A stretch of DNA of 63,679 nucleotides, filler included, from Octopus bimaculoides (GCF_001194135.2; 5 parts of 5 records of this genome joined end to end with filler, not necessarily neighbours in it), one strand, 5' to 3'; positions 38,070 through 51,412 are shown, counted from the first letter of the whole stretch. Program-made: numbers and translations. The notes: a model not told the origin generated them from the sequence alone.

Positions 38070-38245
38070 TACCTGGAATGCCATTGTGTATTACCAATCC
38101 AACGAGGGAACTTTTCGTGGGCACTCTTGCTAGAAGTAGGGGCCAGTAGAATTGTTCTACCTGAAATACCTTTGCATATTTCCAATCGAACGAGGGAACT
38201 TTTCGTGGGAGCTCGTGTTAGAAACAGGACCCAGTGGAATGGTCA
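38070..38245. repeat. Diverged 88-bp tandem duplication
   Basis: aacgagggaacttttcgtggg at 38101 and 38189. Confidence 0.85.
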
Positions 38246-38428
38246 TGACTGGGACTCCTTAGATAATCATAGATCTGTCTGATTAGGGCTAATCAGGGGT
38301 GAAGCAAGAACAGCTCAGACAATTGTTAATATTATAATTTCCTAATGAAATTATACACACTTCCTCCCAAATGGCACACTTCATATCATAGATACGTATT
38401 TTGACCTTACATATATAACATACATGCT

Positions 38429-38730
38429 AAGGTGCGTGGCTTAGTGGCTAGGATATTCGGCTCACGATTGTAAGGGTCGTGAGTTTAATTTCCGGCAAGA
38501 CACTTTATTTCACGTTGCTCCAGTCCACTCACCTACCAAAAATGAATAGTGCCTGTATTTCAAAGGGCCAGCCTTCTCACACTCTGTGTCACGCTGAATC
38601 TCCCTGAGAACTACGTCAAAGGTACGCGTGTCTATGGAGTGCTTAGCCACTTACACGTTAATTTCACGAGCAAGCTGTTCCGCTGATCGTATCAGTTGGG
38701 ACCCTCGTCGTCGTAACCGACGGAGTTCCA
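38429..38730 (+). mobile_element. SINE-2a, tail type 2
   Basis: Colinear with 33219-33536. Confidence 0.9.
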
Positions 38731-39125
38731 GTTGTATCATACCTACCAACACTCACACACGCACGCACACATACACACACACGCACGCACACATACACAC
38801 ACACATGTATATATTTATATAACAGACATAAATCTATGTCTATACACATACATGTATATGTAAATACTTTCCATACATATCTATAATACTTACGTATGTA
38901 CAAACATACAAACTATACTTATGCACATACAGATAGACATACATATATACCTACATACATACATACATACATACTTATATACCTACGTACTTTCAAACAT
39001 CCGTACACACACACACACACACACACATACACACACACATACACACATGTACTTGGAAATCTCGGTCAACAAGCAATTACTGCAGATTTATATTGTTCTT
39101 TCACAATATTATTATTACTATTATA

Positions 39126-39317
39126 AAGGCAGCCACCGTTTTGCACGCCAGGCGAAATGCTTAGCAGTATTTCGTCAGTCTTTATTTTCTGAGTTCAAAT
39201 TCTGCCGGGGTCGACTTTGCCTTTCATCCTTTTGGAATTCGATAAAATAATTACCAGCTGAGCACCGAGGTCGATGTAATCGACGAAATTTCAGGCCTTG
39301 TACCTATAGTAGAAAGG

Positions 39318-39364
<47 letters not shown>

Positions 39365-39637
39365 CATTATTGTTGTTATTATTATTATTATTATTGTTAT
39401 TATTATTATTATTATTATCATCATCATCATAAAGGCAGCGAGCTGGCAGAATCGTTAGCACGCTGGACAAAATGCTTAGCCGTCTTTATGTTCTGAGTTC
39501 AAATTCCGCAGAGATCGACTTTGCCTTTCATCCTTTCGTGGTCGATAAAATAAATACCAGTTGTGCACTAGGGTCGATGTAACTGACTTAACCTCAATTC
39601 CCTTGAAATTGCTGGCCTTGTGCCAAAACTTGAAACT
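39126..39637 (+). mobile_element. Two tandem SINE-3 copies (tail B, (ATT)n, then tail C)
   Basis: 39126-39320 and 39432-39637, separated by (ATT)n. Confidence 0.88.
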
Positions 39638-39644
39638 AGATGTT

Positions 39645-39835
39645 ATTAACATAGCTAGCCTAGTAGTAAGGGTGTTGCACTCACGGCTGCAAGATAGTGG
39701 TTTCGATTCCCAGACTGGCGGTGCGTTGTATTGTTGAGCAATACATTTTGCTTCACATTACTCCTACCCCACTCAGCTGTAAATGAGTAATCTTCGGACG
39801 GGCTGGCGTTTCGCCCAGGGAGAATGTTGGCCTGC
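39645..39835 (+). mobile_element. SINE-2a, diverged, tail type 3-like
   Basis: gggtgttgcactcacgg...gtttcgattcccagac...cactcagctgtaaatgagtaatc. Confidence 0.75.
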
Positions 39836-39870
39836 CTGCCTGCTTGCCTGCCTGCCCGCCAGCCAGCGGG

Positions 39871-40132
39871 ATATGGTAAAGATTCCTTCTCGAGTCATAA
39901 TGACTCCTAAGGGACGGCTTCCCGGTTTCTATGGCTCATATATTTCACCAGTCCCTGGACTGGACGCCGGCCCGTCGCAGTATTACTCGTTTTTGCCAGC
40001 TAAGTGGACTGGAGCAACGTGAAATGAAGTGTTTTGTTCAAGAACATAACGCGTCGCCCCGTCCAGGAATCGAAACGACAATCTTACGATCATGAGTCCT
40101 ACACCCTAACGACTAAGCCACGCGTCTCCACA
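39871..40132 (-). mobile_element. SINE-2a, tail type 3, with 10-bp TSD
   Basis: TSD agccagcggg at 39861-39870 and 40133-40142. Confidence 0.9.
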
Positions 40133-40452
40133 AGCCAGCGGGGTAGCATCACTTGAAAGCCACAACAAAACGAGGAAGCGCATTGTAACAAGCGGTATAT
40201 AACAACATCCGCTCGTCTGAATGATACAATGATTAAAATAATGAGGTCTCACGTCAAACTAAATTTTAAATGAAAAATTCTGATTCAATTGAATTCAAAG
40301 AATTATGGTTTTGATGTGAGATATCTAGTGAAAAATATCCTACGTATGCATATTTAATTATATTTAATCATTTGTTAACCGTTACATATCATATTTGTCT
40401 TGTCAGTGTAATTAACGTATGGTATTATTGTGAGCGTCAGCGNNNNNNNNNN

Positions 40453-40766
40453 GTGAGTGTTTATTGAGCGAAAACACCTAAAGCTCCACGAGGCTCCGGC
40501 AGGGGATGGTGGCGAACCCTGCTGCACTTTTTCACCACAAATTCCTCTCACTCTTACTTCCTGTTTCTGTTGTGCCTGTAATTCAAAGAGTCAGCCTTGT
40601 AACACTGTGTCACGCTGAATATCCCCGAGAACTACATTAAGGGTACACGTGTCTGTGGAGTGCTCAGCCACTTGCACGTTAATTTCACGAGCAGGCTGTT
40701 CCGTTGATCGGATCAACAGCAACCCTCGACGTCGTAAGCGACGGAGTGCCAACAACAACAACAACA
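40453..40766 (+). mobile_element. SINE-2b, tail type 2 (head in gap)
   Basis: Colinear with the reverse complement of 58476-58865; (CAA)n tail. Confidence 0.9.
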
Positions 40767-40781
40767 ATTTATGACTGTATG

Positions 40782-41450
40782 TACAGGGTGTGATGGGTAA
40801 ATTGTCGCCATTTTATTTTTTTATTTCACACATGCGCATTGCTTTTGGTTTTGTCGACTACATAATATAGTAAGGTCAGTCGGGCACTGTCTGTGAGAAA
40901 AACGGCACCATGATTCAATTCACTCTTCCAGAAATTTGGAAACGACATGCTGTACTGCTTGGCATTCGCGTCGGAAGTTCCAATGCGAACATTTCAGAGT
41001 GTTTGGGTGTCAAACTGAGGACAGTGCAGAGGATTCAGAAAGAACTGGATGAGTCTAATTGTGATTACGAAGGTACGACAGCTCGGAAAACTCACTCTGA
41101 CCGTTCTTATAAGAAAAAAACTCCTGAATCTGTTGATGAGATCCAGGCCATGGTTGACAACGATCCCTCCACGTCAATCAGATCCATTGCTAGGGACATG
41201 GGAGTGTCTGAGTTTCTTATCAGGCAGATTGTCCATAAAGACATTCGGTATTGCTCATACAAGATGAGAAAGGGCCAATTTTTATCCCAAGCCATCAAGG
41301 ATAAGTAGAAAGACCGCGCTACGAAGCTTTTGAACAAACTCAAGCATCCCATCCAACTGAACATGCTTTGGTTTTTCTCAGACGCGAAAAATTTCTGCCA
41401 GGATCAAATGGTGAACACACAGAGCAACCGTTGGCTTACCATGTCCCCAA
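40782..41450 (+). mobile_element. Tc1/mariner (maT-like) 5' half
   Basis: TA-CAGGGTG terminus; HTH-like ORF 40910-41308 (RTVQRI, PSTSIRSIARDMGVS), then WFFSDAKNF...NTQSNRW; truncated at a SINE. Confidence 0.85.
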
Positions 41451-41461
41451 AACATTTTTTT

Positions 41462-41830
41462 TATATTTCTTACTTGTTTCAGTCATTATGCTGCGGCACC
41501 GCCTTAAAGAATTTTTTCTGTCGAATGAATCGACCGCAGTTTTGCTTTTGCTGTTTTAAGCCTGGGACTTACTTGTTTTAGCATTCTCTTTTGCCGAACC
41601 GCTAGTTTACGGGGACATAAACTCACCAACACCGGTTGTCAGGCAGTGGTGGGGGAAAACACACACACACGTGTGTGTGTGTGTGTGGTTCTTTCAGTTT
41701 CCGTTTGCCAAAGCGACTTACAAAGGCTTTGGTCGGCCCGAAGCTATTAAAGAAGATACATGCCCAAGATGCCGTATCGTGGGACTGAACCCGGAACCAT
41801 GTGTTTGTGACGCAAACGTCTTACCATCAA
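41462..41830 (-). mobile_element. SINE-1, diverged
   Basis: Colinear with 32222-32626. Confidence 0.85.
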
Positions 41831-41840
41831 ATATGGTACC

Positions 41841-41878
<38 letters not shown>

Positions 41879-42199
41879 GATAGATAGATAGATAGGTAGA
41901 TAGGTAGATATCAATAATGATGTATTTGTTCAGATAAAAATGTGTCTATGTGTCACAAAGAACATCGATATAATTCATACAAAATGTGCTTTTGAGTGCA
42001 TGTTATAGGTCGACATACATAGACAAATGGTTAGATAGATAGATAGATAAACGGTTATATGCATATCGCCGTATGCCTTTATAAATAAACATGTATTATA
42101 ACTGAAATTCACACTCCAGATCCCTTTTTCGGTTCTTACTCCTAAATAGCTCTTCTACTGTTTCTCTACTTTCACGCCTTTATCCCCTTCTAATGTTAC

Positions 42200-42230
<31 letters not shown>

Positions 42231-42623
42231 GTAATTATATTTACATTTAGGATGATTTTTTTTTTTGTTACTCCAGTCTGACCTGACTTTAATGCCCCCT
42301 GAAGCCCTAACCTGACCTCACTTGTTGTACTCTGATCTCCTTCGGCGCTACAATAAACACTCACGTGTAAACTGTACATTAGCCCCACTGCGCCTCTCTC
42401 TCTCTCCGTCTTCTTTCCCTTAATTATTAACAAATAAATAATTTAAGTAAACAGGGTGTGCGTGTGTGTGTGTGTTATGTATGTCTGTATATGTGTAGGT
42501 ATGTATATATGTATATGTGTAAATATGCATTTATATATATATATGTATGTGTGTATATCTCTGTATGCATATATGTATGTGTATATGTCTGTATATATGT
42601 ATGTGTATATTTGTATATATGTA

Positions 42624-42656
<33 letters not shown>

Positions 42657-43626
42657 GTGTATATATATATGTCTGAATATGTATATGTGTGTGTGTGTAT
42701 ATGTATACAAAATATATATTTGTTTATATATACGTGTCTACACACACATATTTATATATAAATATACACGCGCGCGCGCATATTTAATGTTTGTGTTGAT
42801 GCTGTGATGGGAGCAGAGTAAGTTTGAAGTTTGCCTTTTCCTTATACAAAATCAAAACATCTTAAACTACAGCAACAAAGAAAAAAGAAAGCAAAAAAAA
42901 AAAAGATAAAATAAAACAAAAGTAGACAAAATCGGAAACTTATAAACAAAACGATACAACAAACACATCATACAACACACACCACACACACACCACACAA
43001 ACACACACACACACACACGCACACGCATTCACCAGTCTCGTTCAGTCTCTTACCCTCTCTTCTTGCTCTCGTTTTTTTTTTCTAAATTTCTTCGCTTCTC
43101 CCACCGCAGTCTCTCTACCATCACTCCACCCCTACCNNNNNNNNNNNNNNNNNNNNNNNNNNNNNNNNNNNNNNNNNNNNNNNNNNNNNNNNNNNNNNNN
43201 NNNNNNNNNNNNNNNNNNNNNNNNNNNNNNNNNNNNNNNNNNNNNNNNNNNNNNNNNNNNNNNNNNNNNNNNNNNNNNNNNNNNNNNNNNNNNNNNNNNN
43301 NNNNNNNNNNNNNNNNNNNNNNNNNNNNNNNNNNNNNNNNNNNNNNNNNNNNNNNNNNNNNNNNNNNNNNNNNNNNNNNNNNNNNNNNNNNNNNNNNNNN
43401 NNNNNNNNNNNNNNNNNNNNNNNNNNNNNNNNNNNNNNNNNNNNNNNNNNNNNNNNNNNNNNNNNNNNNNNNNNNNNNNNNNNNNNNNNNNNNNNNNNNN
43501 NNNNNNNNNNNNNNNNNNNNNNNNNNNNNNNNNNNNNNNNNNNNNNNNNNNNNNNNNNNNNNNNNNNNNNNNNNNNNNNNNNNNNNNNNNNNNNNNNNNN
43601 NNNNNNNNNNNNNNNNNNNNNNNNNN

Positions 43627-43820
43627 AAACTGTGGTCATGCTGGAGCACCACCTTGAAATTTTAACCGAATGAATCTGCCCCAAACCTAATTTCTTTCTT
43701 TCTCTTTTTTTTTTTCTTAAGCCTGCTACTTATTCTATCGGATCTCTTTTGCCGAACAGCTAACTTATTAGGACGTAAAAACACCAACACCGGTTGTCAA
43801 GCGGTGGTGGGAGACAAACA
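43627..43820 (-). mobile_element. SINE-1 3' half
   Basis: catgctggagcaccacc...caccggttgtcaagcggtggtgggagacaaac. Confidence 0.8.
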
Positions 43821-44048
43821 TACGCGCACGCACACACACACACACACACACACACATGAGTGAGTGGAGAAACGAAAGAAAGAAGCACTCAATACATTTA
43901 GCAGAAGTTACGTGAATTATGATTTAAAACAGTTTGAATTGGCCCCATGCAACTTAAAGTTTCGTTGTATGGGGCCTGATCAAACTATTTTACGAGAATT
44001 ATGTATCTTAATGCTTGTTTGTTTTTTATATATAGTTATAATATAGAC

Positions 44049-44238
44049 TTCAAATTTTGGCACAAGGCCAGCAATTTCGTAGGAGGGAGTAAATCAATCA
44101 CATCCTCCCCAGTGCTCAACTGGTAGTTATTTTATCGACCCCCGAAAGGATGGAAGACAAAGACCACTTGGGCGGAATTAGAACTCAGAATGTAAAAACG
44201 GACGAAATGCCGTTAAGTGCTCAGCTTGCTTAACGATT
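44049..44238 (-). mobile_element. SINE-3, tail C
   Basis: ttttggcacaaggccagcaattt...tttatcgacccccgaaaggatg. Confidence 0.85.
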
Positions 44239-44243
44239 TATAT

Positions 44244-44459
44244 CTCTTTTACTCTTTTACTTGTTTCACTCATTTGACTGCGGCCATGCTGGAGCACCGC
44301 CTTTTAGTCGAGCAAATCGACCTCAGGACTTATTCTTTGGAAGCCTAGTACTTATTGTATCGGTATCTTTTTGCCGAACCGCTAAGTTACGGGGACGTAA
44401 ACACACCAGCATCTCTTGTCAAGCGATGTTAGGGGACAAACACGGACACACAAACATAT

Positions 44460-44490
<31 letters not shown>

Positions 44491-44738
44491 CATATAAACG
44501 ACTGGCTCCTTTCAGTTTCCGTCCACCAAATCCACTCACAAGGCTTTGATCGGCCCGAGGCTATAGTAGAAGACACTTGCCCAAAGTGCCACGCAGTGGA
44601 CTGAACCCGGNNNNNNNNNNCTTTGATCGGCCCGAGGCTATAGTAGAAGACACTTGCCCAAAGTGCCACGCAGTGGACTGAACCCGGAACCATGTTGTTG
44701 GTAAACAAGCTACTTACCACACAGCCACTCCTGCGCCT
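44244..44738 (-). mobile_element. SINE-1, complete (70-nt overlap duplicated across a 10-N gap)
   Basis: Full head GGCGCAGGAGTGGCTGTGTGGTAAG to tail AAAAGAGTAAAAGAG. Confidence 0.92.
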
Positions 44739-45228
44739 ATCTAGTTATAATATAAACAATTTTTTCGTTCAGCTGTAGTATTACTCAATACTATTTGCGG
44801 CTGAGTATCCACCACTGAGGATGACCACAAAGAGGTAACCATACGGTTTGGTGGTCTCGTGGCTAGAAAATAGAAGGGGTTCACTCCCCTGCTTGCAATA
44901 TATATCGGATGCAGATTGCATCGAATAATTAGCCGGAAGAGGCGTACTGCTGGGGTTAAAAATAGCAGTAACGTCGGTTCCTACGAAACAGCTATGTTTC
45001 AGTGGTGACAAACACTATATTTATTAAGCTTTAACATGAACGGTGGTGTTACTGACTTATAAGTTTCGGCCTGCTTAGCCTTCATTTATTGAAGTAAACA
45101 GAAGTGAGGTTGGCGTGTATAATATATAAACTTATTGCACTGTTATTTACGGCGGTTGTAATTCTTATTGTTGTTTCTTCTTCTCTGGATCTTTAAGTTC
45201 AGAATTCAAATACCACCGAAACCATCTT

Positions 45229-45567
45229 TGCAACCACGCGGTTTCGTGTTCAGTTCCACTGCATGGGCAAGTGTACATAGCCTCGGGCTGACCAATGTCT
45301 TTTGAGTTGATTTCGTAGACGGAAACCATGAAATACTGCCCTGTGTGTGTTTATGTTTGCAGCCCCTTCATCACCGCATGACAACCGGTGTTGGTTTGTT
45401 TACATCCCTGTAACTTCGCAGTTTAGCAAAAGAGACCGGTTGAATACTTATTCAACCGGTCTCTTTTGCTAAGTGCAGGGGTTGATCTGTTCGGCTAAAA
45501 CCCCCATGCGGAGCTGCTCCAGTATGGCTGTAATCCAGTGACTGAAACAAGTAAAAGATAAAAGATA
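45229..45567 (+). mobile_element. SINE-1, diverged, with internal 24-bp palindrome
   Basis: Homologous body; palindrome at 45423-45472. Confidence 0.8.
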
Positions 45568-45579
45568 TTTATATGTATA

Positions 45580-45972
45580 GGCGCAGGCATGGCTGTGTGG
45601 CCTGAAACTTGCCTTCCAACCACATGGTTCCAGGTTCATTCCCACTGCGTGGTACTCTAGCCTCGGGTCGACCAAAGGCTTGAGAGTGGATTTTGTAGAC
45701 GAAAACTTAAAGAAGCCCGACGTAAATACATATATGTATATATGTGTGTTGTGTCTGTCTTTCTGTCAGTGTTTGTCTCCAACTACCGCTTGACAACCGG
45801 TGTTGGTGCGCTGACATCACCATAACCTAGCGGTCCGGCAAAAGAGGAACCGATAAAACAAGTACCAGGCTATGAAAACAATAAGCGTCCTCCAAGGTGT
45901 TAAAAGTTCTCCAAGGCGTTACCCCAGCATGGCCGCAGTCTGTTGACTCAAACAAGTAAAGGATAAAAAGAA
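45580..45972 (+). mobile_element. SINE-1, diverged full-length
   Basis: ggcgcaggcatggctgtgtgg...cagcatggccgcagtc...aaacaagtaaa. Confidence 0.85.
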
Positions 45973-45973
45973 G

Positions 45974-46005
<32 letters not shown>

Positions 46006-47422
46006 NNNNNNNNNNNNNNNNNNNNNNNNNNNNNNNNNNNNNNNNNNNNNNNNNNNNNNNNNNNNNNNNNNNNNNNNNNNNNNNNNNNNNNNNNNNNNNN
46101 NNNNNNNNNNNNNNNNNNNNNNNNNNNNNNNNNNNNNNNNNNNNNNNNNNNNNNNNNNNNNNNNNNNNNNNNNNNNNNNNNNNNNNNNNNNNNNNNNNNN
46201 NNNNNNNNNNNNNNNNNNNNNNNNNNNNNNNNNNNNNNNNNNNNNNNNNNNNNNNNNNNNNNNNNNNNNNNNNNNNNNNNNNNNNNNNNNNNNNNNNNNN
46301 NNNNNNNNNNNNNNNNNNNNNNNNNNNNNNNNNNNNNNNNNNNNNNNNNNNNNNNNNNNNNNNNNNNNNNNNNNNNNNNNNNNNNNNNNNNNNNNNNNNN
46401 NNNNNNNNNNNNNNNNNNNNNNNNNNNNNNNNNNNNNNNNNNNNNNNNNNNNNNNNNNNNNNNNNNNNNNNNNNNNNNNNNNNNNNNNNNNNNNNNNNNN
46501 NNNNNNNNNNNNNNNNNNNNNNNNNNNNNNNNNNNNNNNNNNNNNNNNNNNNNNNNNNNNNNNNNNNNNNNNNNNNNNNNNNNNNNNNNNNNNNNNNNNN
46601 NNNNNNNNNNNNNNNNNNNNNNNNNNNNNNNNNNNNNNNNNNNNNNNNNNNNNNNNNNNNNNNNNNNNNNNNNNNNNNNNNNNNNNNNNNNNNNNNNNNN
46701 NNNNNNNNNNNNNNNNNNNNNNNNNNNNNNNNNNNNNNNNNNNNNNNNNNNNNNNNNNNNNNNNNNNNNNNNNNNNNNNNNNNNNNNNNNNNNNNNNNNN
46801 NNNNNNNNNNNNNNNNNNNNNNNNNNNNNNNNNNNNNNNNNNNNNNNNNNNNNNNNNNNNNNNNNNNNNNNNNNNNNNNNNNNNNNNNNNNNAGCACACA
46901 ATACACAAATTGAGTGTAAATATTAATCGTCTTATGAAGGTTACTTTCGCTAGTCCGAGCTTCGCTTTTCCTCTTGGCTGATCACGTAGCACTCTCTCAC
47001 TCTCTCTCTCACTCTCTCTCTCTCTCTCTCTCTCTCCCTCTCTATCTATCCCTTTCTCTCCCTACATCTGTTTCCCTCTTTCTCCTTCTCTCTCTCACTC
47101 TATTGTTCTTCTCTCTCTGTCTCTCTGTACCCTTCTCTCTCTCTCACTCTATTGTTCTTCTCTCTCTGTCTCTCTCTCTCTCTCTCACTCTATTGTTCTT
47201 CTCTCTCTGCCTCCTTCTCTCCCCTTCCCTCTCTGTCTGTTTGACTCGTTTCTCCCTCCCCTTCTTTCCCCCTCTCTCGCCATTCTCTGCCCGTCTTTCT
47301 CTTCGGACCTGATGGGATAGTTTCGTATGGCGAGCCTACGAAACATTAAGTTGCATGGAGCCGAATCAAACTGCCATTAAATAATACACACACACACACA
47401 CACGCGCGCGCACACGCACACG

Positions 47423-47455
<33 letters not shown>

Positions 47456-47456
47456 T

Positions 47457-47488
<32 letters not shown>

Positions 47489-47645
47489 TAGACTGACTGG
47501 CTGACAGGCAGACAGACAGACAGACAGAGAGAGAGAGAGACTGGCTGGCTGGCTGACAGACAGACAGAGATAGATAGATAGATAGACTGGCTGGCTGACA
47601 GGCAGACAGAGAGAGACTGGCTGGCTGACAGACAGACAGACAGAC

Positions 47646-47685
<40 letters not shown>

Positions 47686-48188
47686 CTATTAATGTAATAA
47701 AACCACGCATATGGTCACGTACATACATACATACATACATACATGTGTGTGTGTGTGTCACTGCCCTCAACACCCTCCCACACACACACACAACTGCTCT
47801 ATTCGTCTCCCTAAATTCAAAAGAAATAATTGCAGATTATTCTAGAGTTTTCATTCATTTATCCACCTTCATTTTTTATTTCCTTTTTTTTTTTTTGCTG
47901 TTACATCGTTGTTGTTCTTGTTATTATTGTGTTATTGTAACTGGCTGTTATTGTTATTGTTGTAAACGGTGCTATGATACTGATGATACTCTACAATAAT
48001 CTGGAAAATATTTGTCTACAACGTTATTTTTATTGTTTTATGATTTTATTCTTTTTATTTTCATTATTCATGTTGTTATTTCTGTTTTTTTTTTTTTTTT
48101 TGTGTGCAATATAATATGTATTGATTTTCAACTACGATTTTCTTTCTCTATAATAACGGTCTACCATCTTTTTTTTTTATATTCTCGT

Positions 48189-48220
<32 letters not shown>

Positions 48221-48633
48221 GAGAATGAGGAGAGAGAGAGAGAGAGAAGTGGTGTTGGTGTTTTCATTTAATGTTGCTTTTGTTCGTGTTGTTTGTATAA
48301 GCTTATATTATTTTTGTATGCATTTTATATGTATTGCAGAATTTCATGTGGTGTGTGTGTGTGTGTATCTATATATAACATAAGCAATTGGTACAGTTTC
48401 TTCTGTGTGTGTACACACACAGTATGTGTCTGTATATGTCAGCTTATCTAGTATATATGTGTGTTTATCTGTGCATATCCTTATATTGGTACGTGTACAT
48501 TAGTTTTTATATATACACATCAGTGTGTATACACACACACACACTCACATATATGCATGCACTCACACGCACTTATTTATAGATAACACACGTAGCTAAT
48601 GTCTCAGTATGCGTGTGCATGTACGTATGAAAG

Positions 48634-48668
<35 letters not shown>

Positions 48669-50160
48669 TTGCATAAGTGTATATATGTGTATGTATGTAT
48701 ATGTTTATATGTGTGTGTGTATGTATGTATACTCAATATACGCACACACCATGTTACATGTGCCGCTCCGTGTATGGCTATCTGCATATATATTACAGCA
48801 ATTTCTTCCACCCCTCACTCCTTTTTAATATGTGATTGAAGAAAAATCTTCAATGATATTTCCTCTTTATTTACCAATTCTATCCTAGAATTTTTCCTTC
48901 GAATTTTTATATTTATTTCTCCTTTTCCATATATGTATATATACATACACACACACGTACACACACAGACAAATACACATATATATATTATGTTCGTTAG
49001 GTTTTTTGTTTTTTTTTTCTTGTGTCATCTTTTTTCTCCGTTCTTTATCGAAACGATTTTCCAAACTTTTGCCACTTGGATAACTGTTTGGAATTATCTT
49101 CAGCTAAAGTAAGTTTAAATCATCATTTTTTGGCTTTTTTCGTATTCTTCTTCTTCTTGCTTTCCTTTCTACTTCGTCTCTGGATTTTGCTCCGAAAGAG
49201 AGGAAGAGAATGAGGGGAAANNNNNNNNNNNNNNNNNNNNNNNNNNNNNNNNNNNNNNNNNNNNNNNNNNNNNNNNNNNNNNNNNNNNNNNNNNNNNNNN
49301 NNNNNNNNNNNNNNNNNNNNNNNNNNNNNNNNNNNNNNNNNNNNNNNNNNNNNNNNNNNNNNNNNNNNNNNNNNNNNNNNNNNNNNNNNNNNNNNNNNNN
49401 NNNNNNNNNNNNNNNNNNNNNNNNNNNNNNNNNNNNNNNNNNNNNNNNNNNNNNNNNNNNNNNNNNNNNNNNNNNNNNNNNNNNNNNNNNNNNNNNNNNN
49501 NNNNNNNNNNNNNNNNNNNNNNNNNNNNNNNNNNNNNNNNNNNNNNNNNNNNNNNNNNNNNNNNNNNNNNNNNNNNNNNNNNNNNNNNNNNNNNNNNNNN
49601 NNNNNNNNNNNNNNNNNNNNNNNNNNNNNNNNNNNNNNNNNNNNNNNNNNNNNNNNNNNNNNNNNNNNNNNNNNNNNNNNNNNNNNNNNNNNNNNNNNNN
49701 NNNNNNNNNNNNNNNNNNNNNNNNNNNNNNNNNNNNNNNNNNNNNNNNNNNNNNNNNNNNNNNNNNNNNNNNNNNNNNNNNNNNNNNNNNNNNNNNNNNN
49801 NNNNNNNNNNNNNNNNNNNNNNNNNNNNNNNNNNNNNNNNAAAGTGAATGGGGGATTTCATATTATGTCCCCACACCCTGCCATTTCATTTCAATATCTT
49901 TGAATGAATGATTTCCCTCCTCAGAGCTGAGGGTCGAAACAGCGAGCCTCAAACACAACCATTATTATGTAATCTAATCGTTTGCGTCTTCATGCGCTCT
50001 TCAAAATGAACAAAGCCAATTCCCTTATCCTAGTTTCTAGTAAGGTTAATGTTCTTAGTATTCGTCTCTTCGCAGGTCCTTACAGAAAGTTAGGGTGTAC
50101 GCGCAAAATTGTCCTTTTAGTCTGGCTAACTTCCAAGACTACCGAACCCAGACCACCTGC

Positions 50161-51204
50161 TTAGTTATGCCCACTAGCGTAGCTACGTGCGGAATAAATG
50201 ATAATTAGATAGGGTAATGTCCGGCGAATATGGTGAATGGGGATGATTTCCCATTCAAACTGCTCCAGCCTCTGGAATGTCATCCTCGCTGTATGTGTCT
50301 GACAATTATCCTGATGGAAGAGCACCTTTCGTCTTGAAACCAAAAGTGGTCGTTTTTCTTGTAGCGCTGACTTAAGCCGCTCAAGCTGCTCACAGTAGAT
50401 CTCCTTTGTTATCGGTTGGTTTGGGTTTAAAAGTTCAAAGTGGACTAAACCTTTCATATCCCACCAAACAGATAACAACATCTTACGTGGGTGAAGACCT
50501 TCTTTAGCCTGGGGCTCCGGTGTTTCTCTTTTCCTCACCCACTGTCTTCGACGCTTGACATTTTCATAGAGAGCCCATTTCTCGTCACCTGTCATATTCG
50601 GTCCGAAAATGGTTCATTCGTGAGACGTAACAGCAAAGAAGAGCGCAACTTCACTCTCTGCGCGCGGTTATTTTCGGAAAGTTTGTGANNNNNNNNNNNN
50701 NNNNNNNNNNNNNNNNNNNNNNNNNNNNNNNNNNNNNNNNNNNNNNNNNNNNNNNNNNNNNNNNNNNNNNNNNNNNNNNNNNNNNNNNNNNNNNNNNNNN
50801 NNNNNNNNNNNNNNNNNNNNNNNNNNNNNNNNNNNNNNGGTTGGCGAACGCAGCGCTTCTTAGAGGGACGGGCGGCAGAAAGCCGCACGAGGCGGAGCGA
50901 TAACAGGTCTGTGATGCCCTTAGATGTCCGGGGCCGCACGCGCGCTACACTGGAGGTATCAGCGGGCGCGTCTCCCCCGGCCCGAGAGGGTCGGGAAACC
51001 TCTGAACCACCTCCCGTGATAGGGATCGTCTTCTAGGTTGTAGTTTCTGGCTCAGAATTTCTGGAGCCACTGTTGACACTGGCTTACGCTAATTGTCCGA
51101 TCACCATATACTGCATTAATATTCCTCGCACTTTCCGTTGCGTTGTTGCTTTTATTGAACTCATAAAGCAAAATATGCCGAATATGCTCCTTTGTCACTT
51201 CCAT
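50161..51204 (-). mobile_element. Mariner (Mos1/Hsmar-like) transposase pseudogene, interrupted
   Basis: N-terminus MEVTKEHIRHILLYEF...ARNINAVYG...W.QKF (51204-51027); TGDEKW, LHPRKMLLSVWWD, FHQDN, frameshifted PYSPD region (50688-50161). Confidence 0.92.
50839..51028 (+). rRNA. 18S rRNA: 18S rRNA gene fragment (3' major domain), dispersed copy
   Basis: Universal blocks CTTCTTAGAGGGAC, ATAACAGGTCTGTGATGCCCTTAGATGT, GCACGCGCGCTACACTG, CGTGATAGGGATCG; helices GCGGC/GCCGC and GGAGGT/ACCTCC still pair. Confidence 0.95.
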
Positions 51205-51412
51205 TATAGCTTTGAAAAAATAACTGTTAAAATTGAACTGCACTTTTAAAAACTTGCACTTAGCGTAAGGACAAGATAAAATTACTACTTGTTTTTATAA
51301 CAAGTTGAGGCAGGTAGTTTATCCCGTCTCCCTCCGACTTTTAGTTCATGCAATTGAAAAAGAAAACACATTATTTATGGAATGACCCTATATATATATA
51401 TAAATATTTATA

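Noticed and set aside
44521-44670. 70-nt direct repeat inside SINE-1
   Set aside because: Identical sequence on both sides of a 10-N gap, i.e. an unmerged contig overlap
47320-47344. Small hairpin GTTTCGTA...TACGAAAC (similar one near 14680-14710)
   Set aside because: 8-9 bp stems are expected by chance in 63 kb; no supporting context
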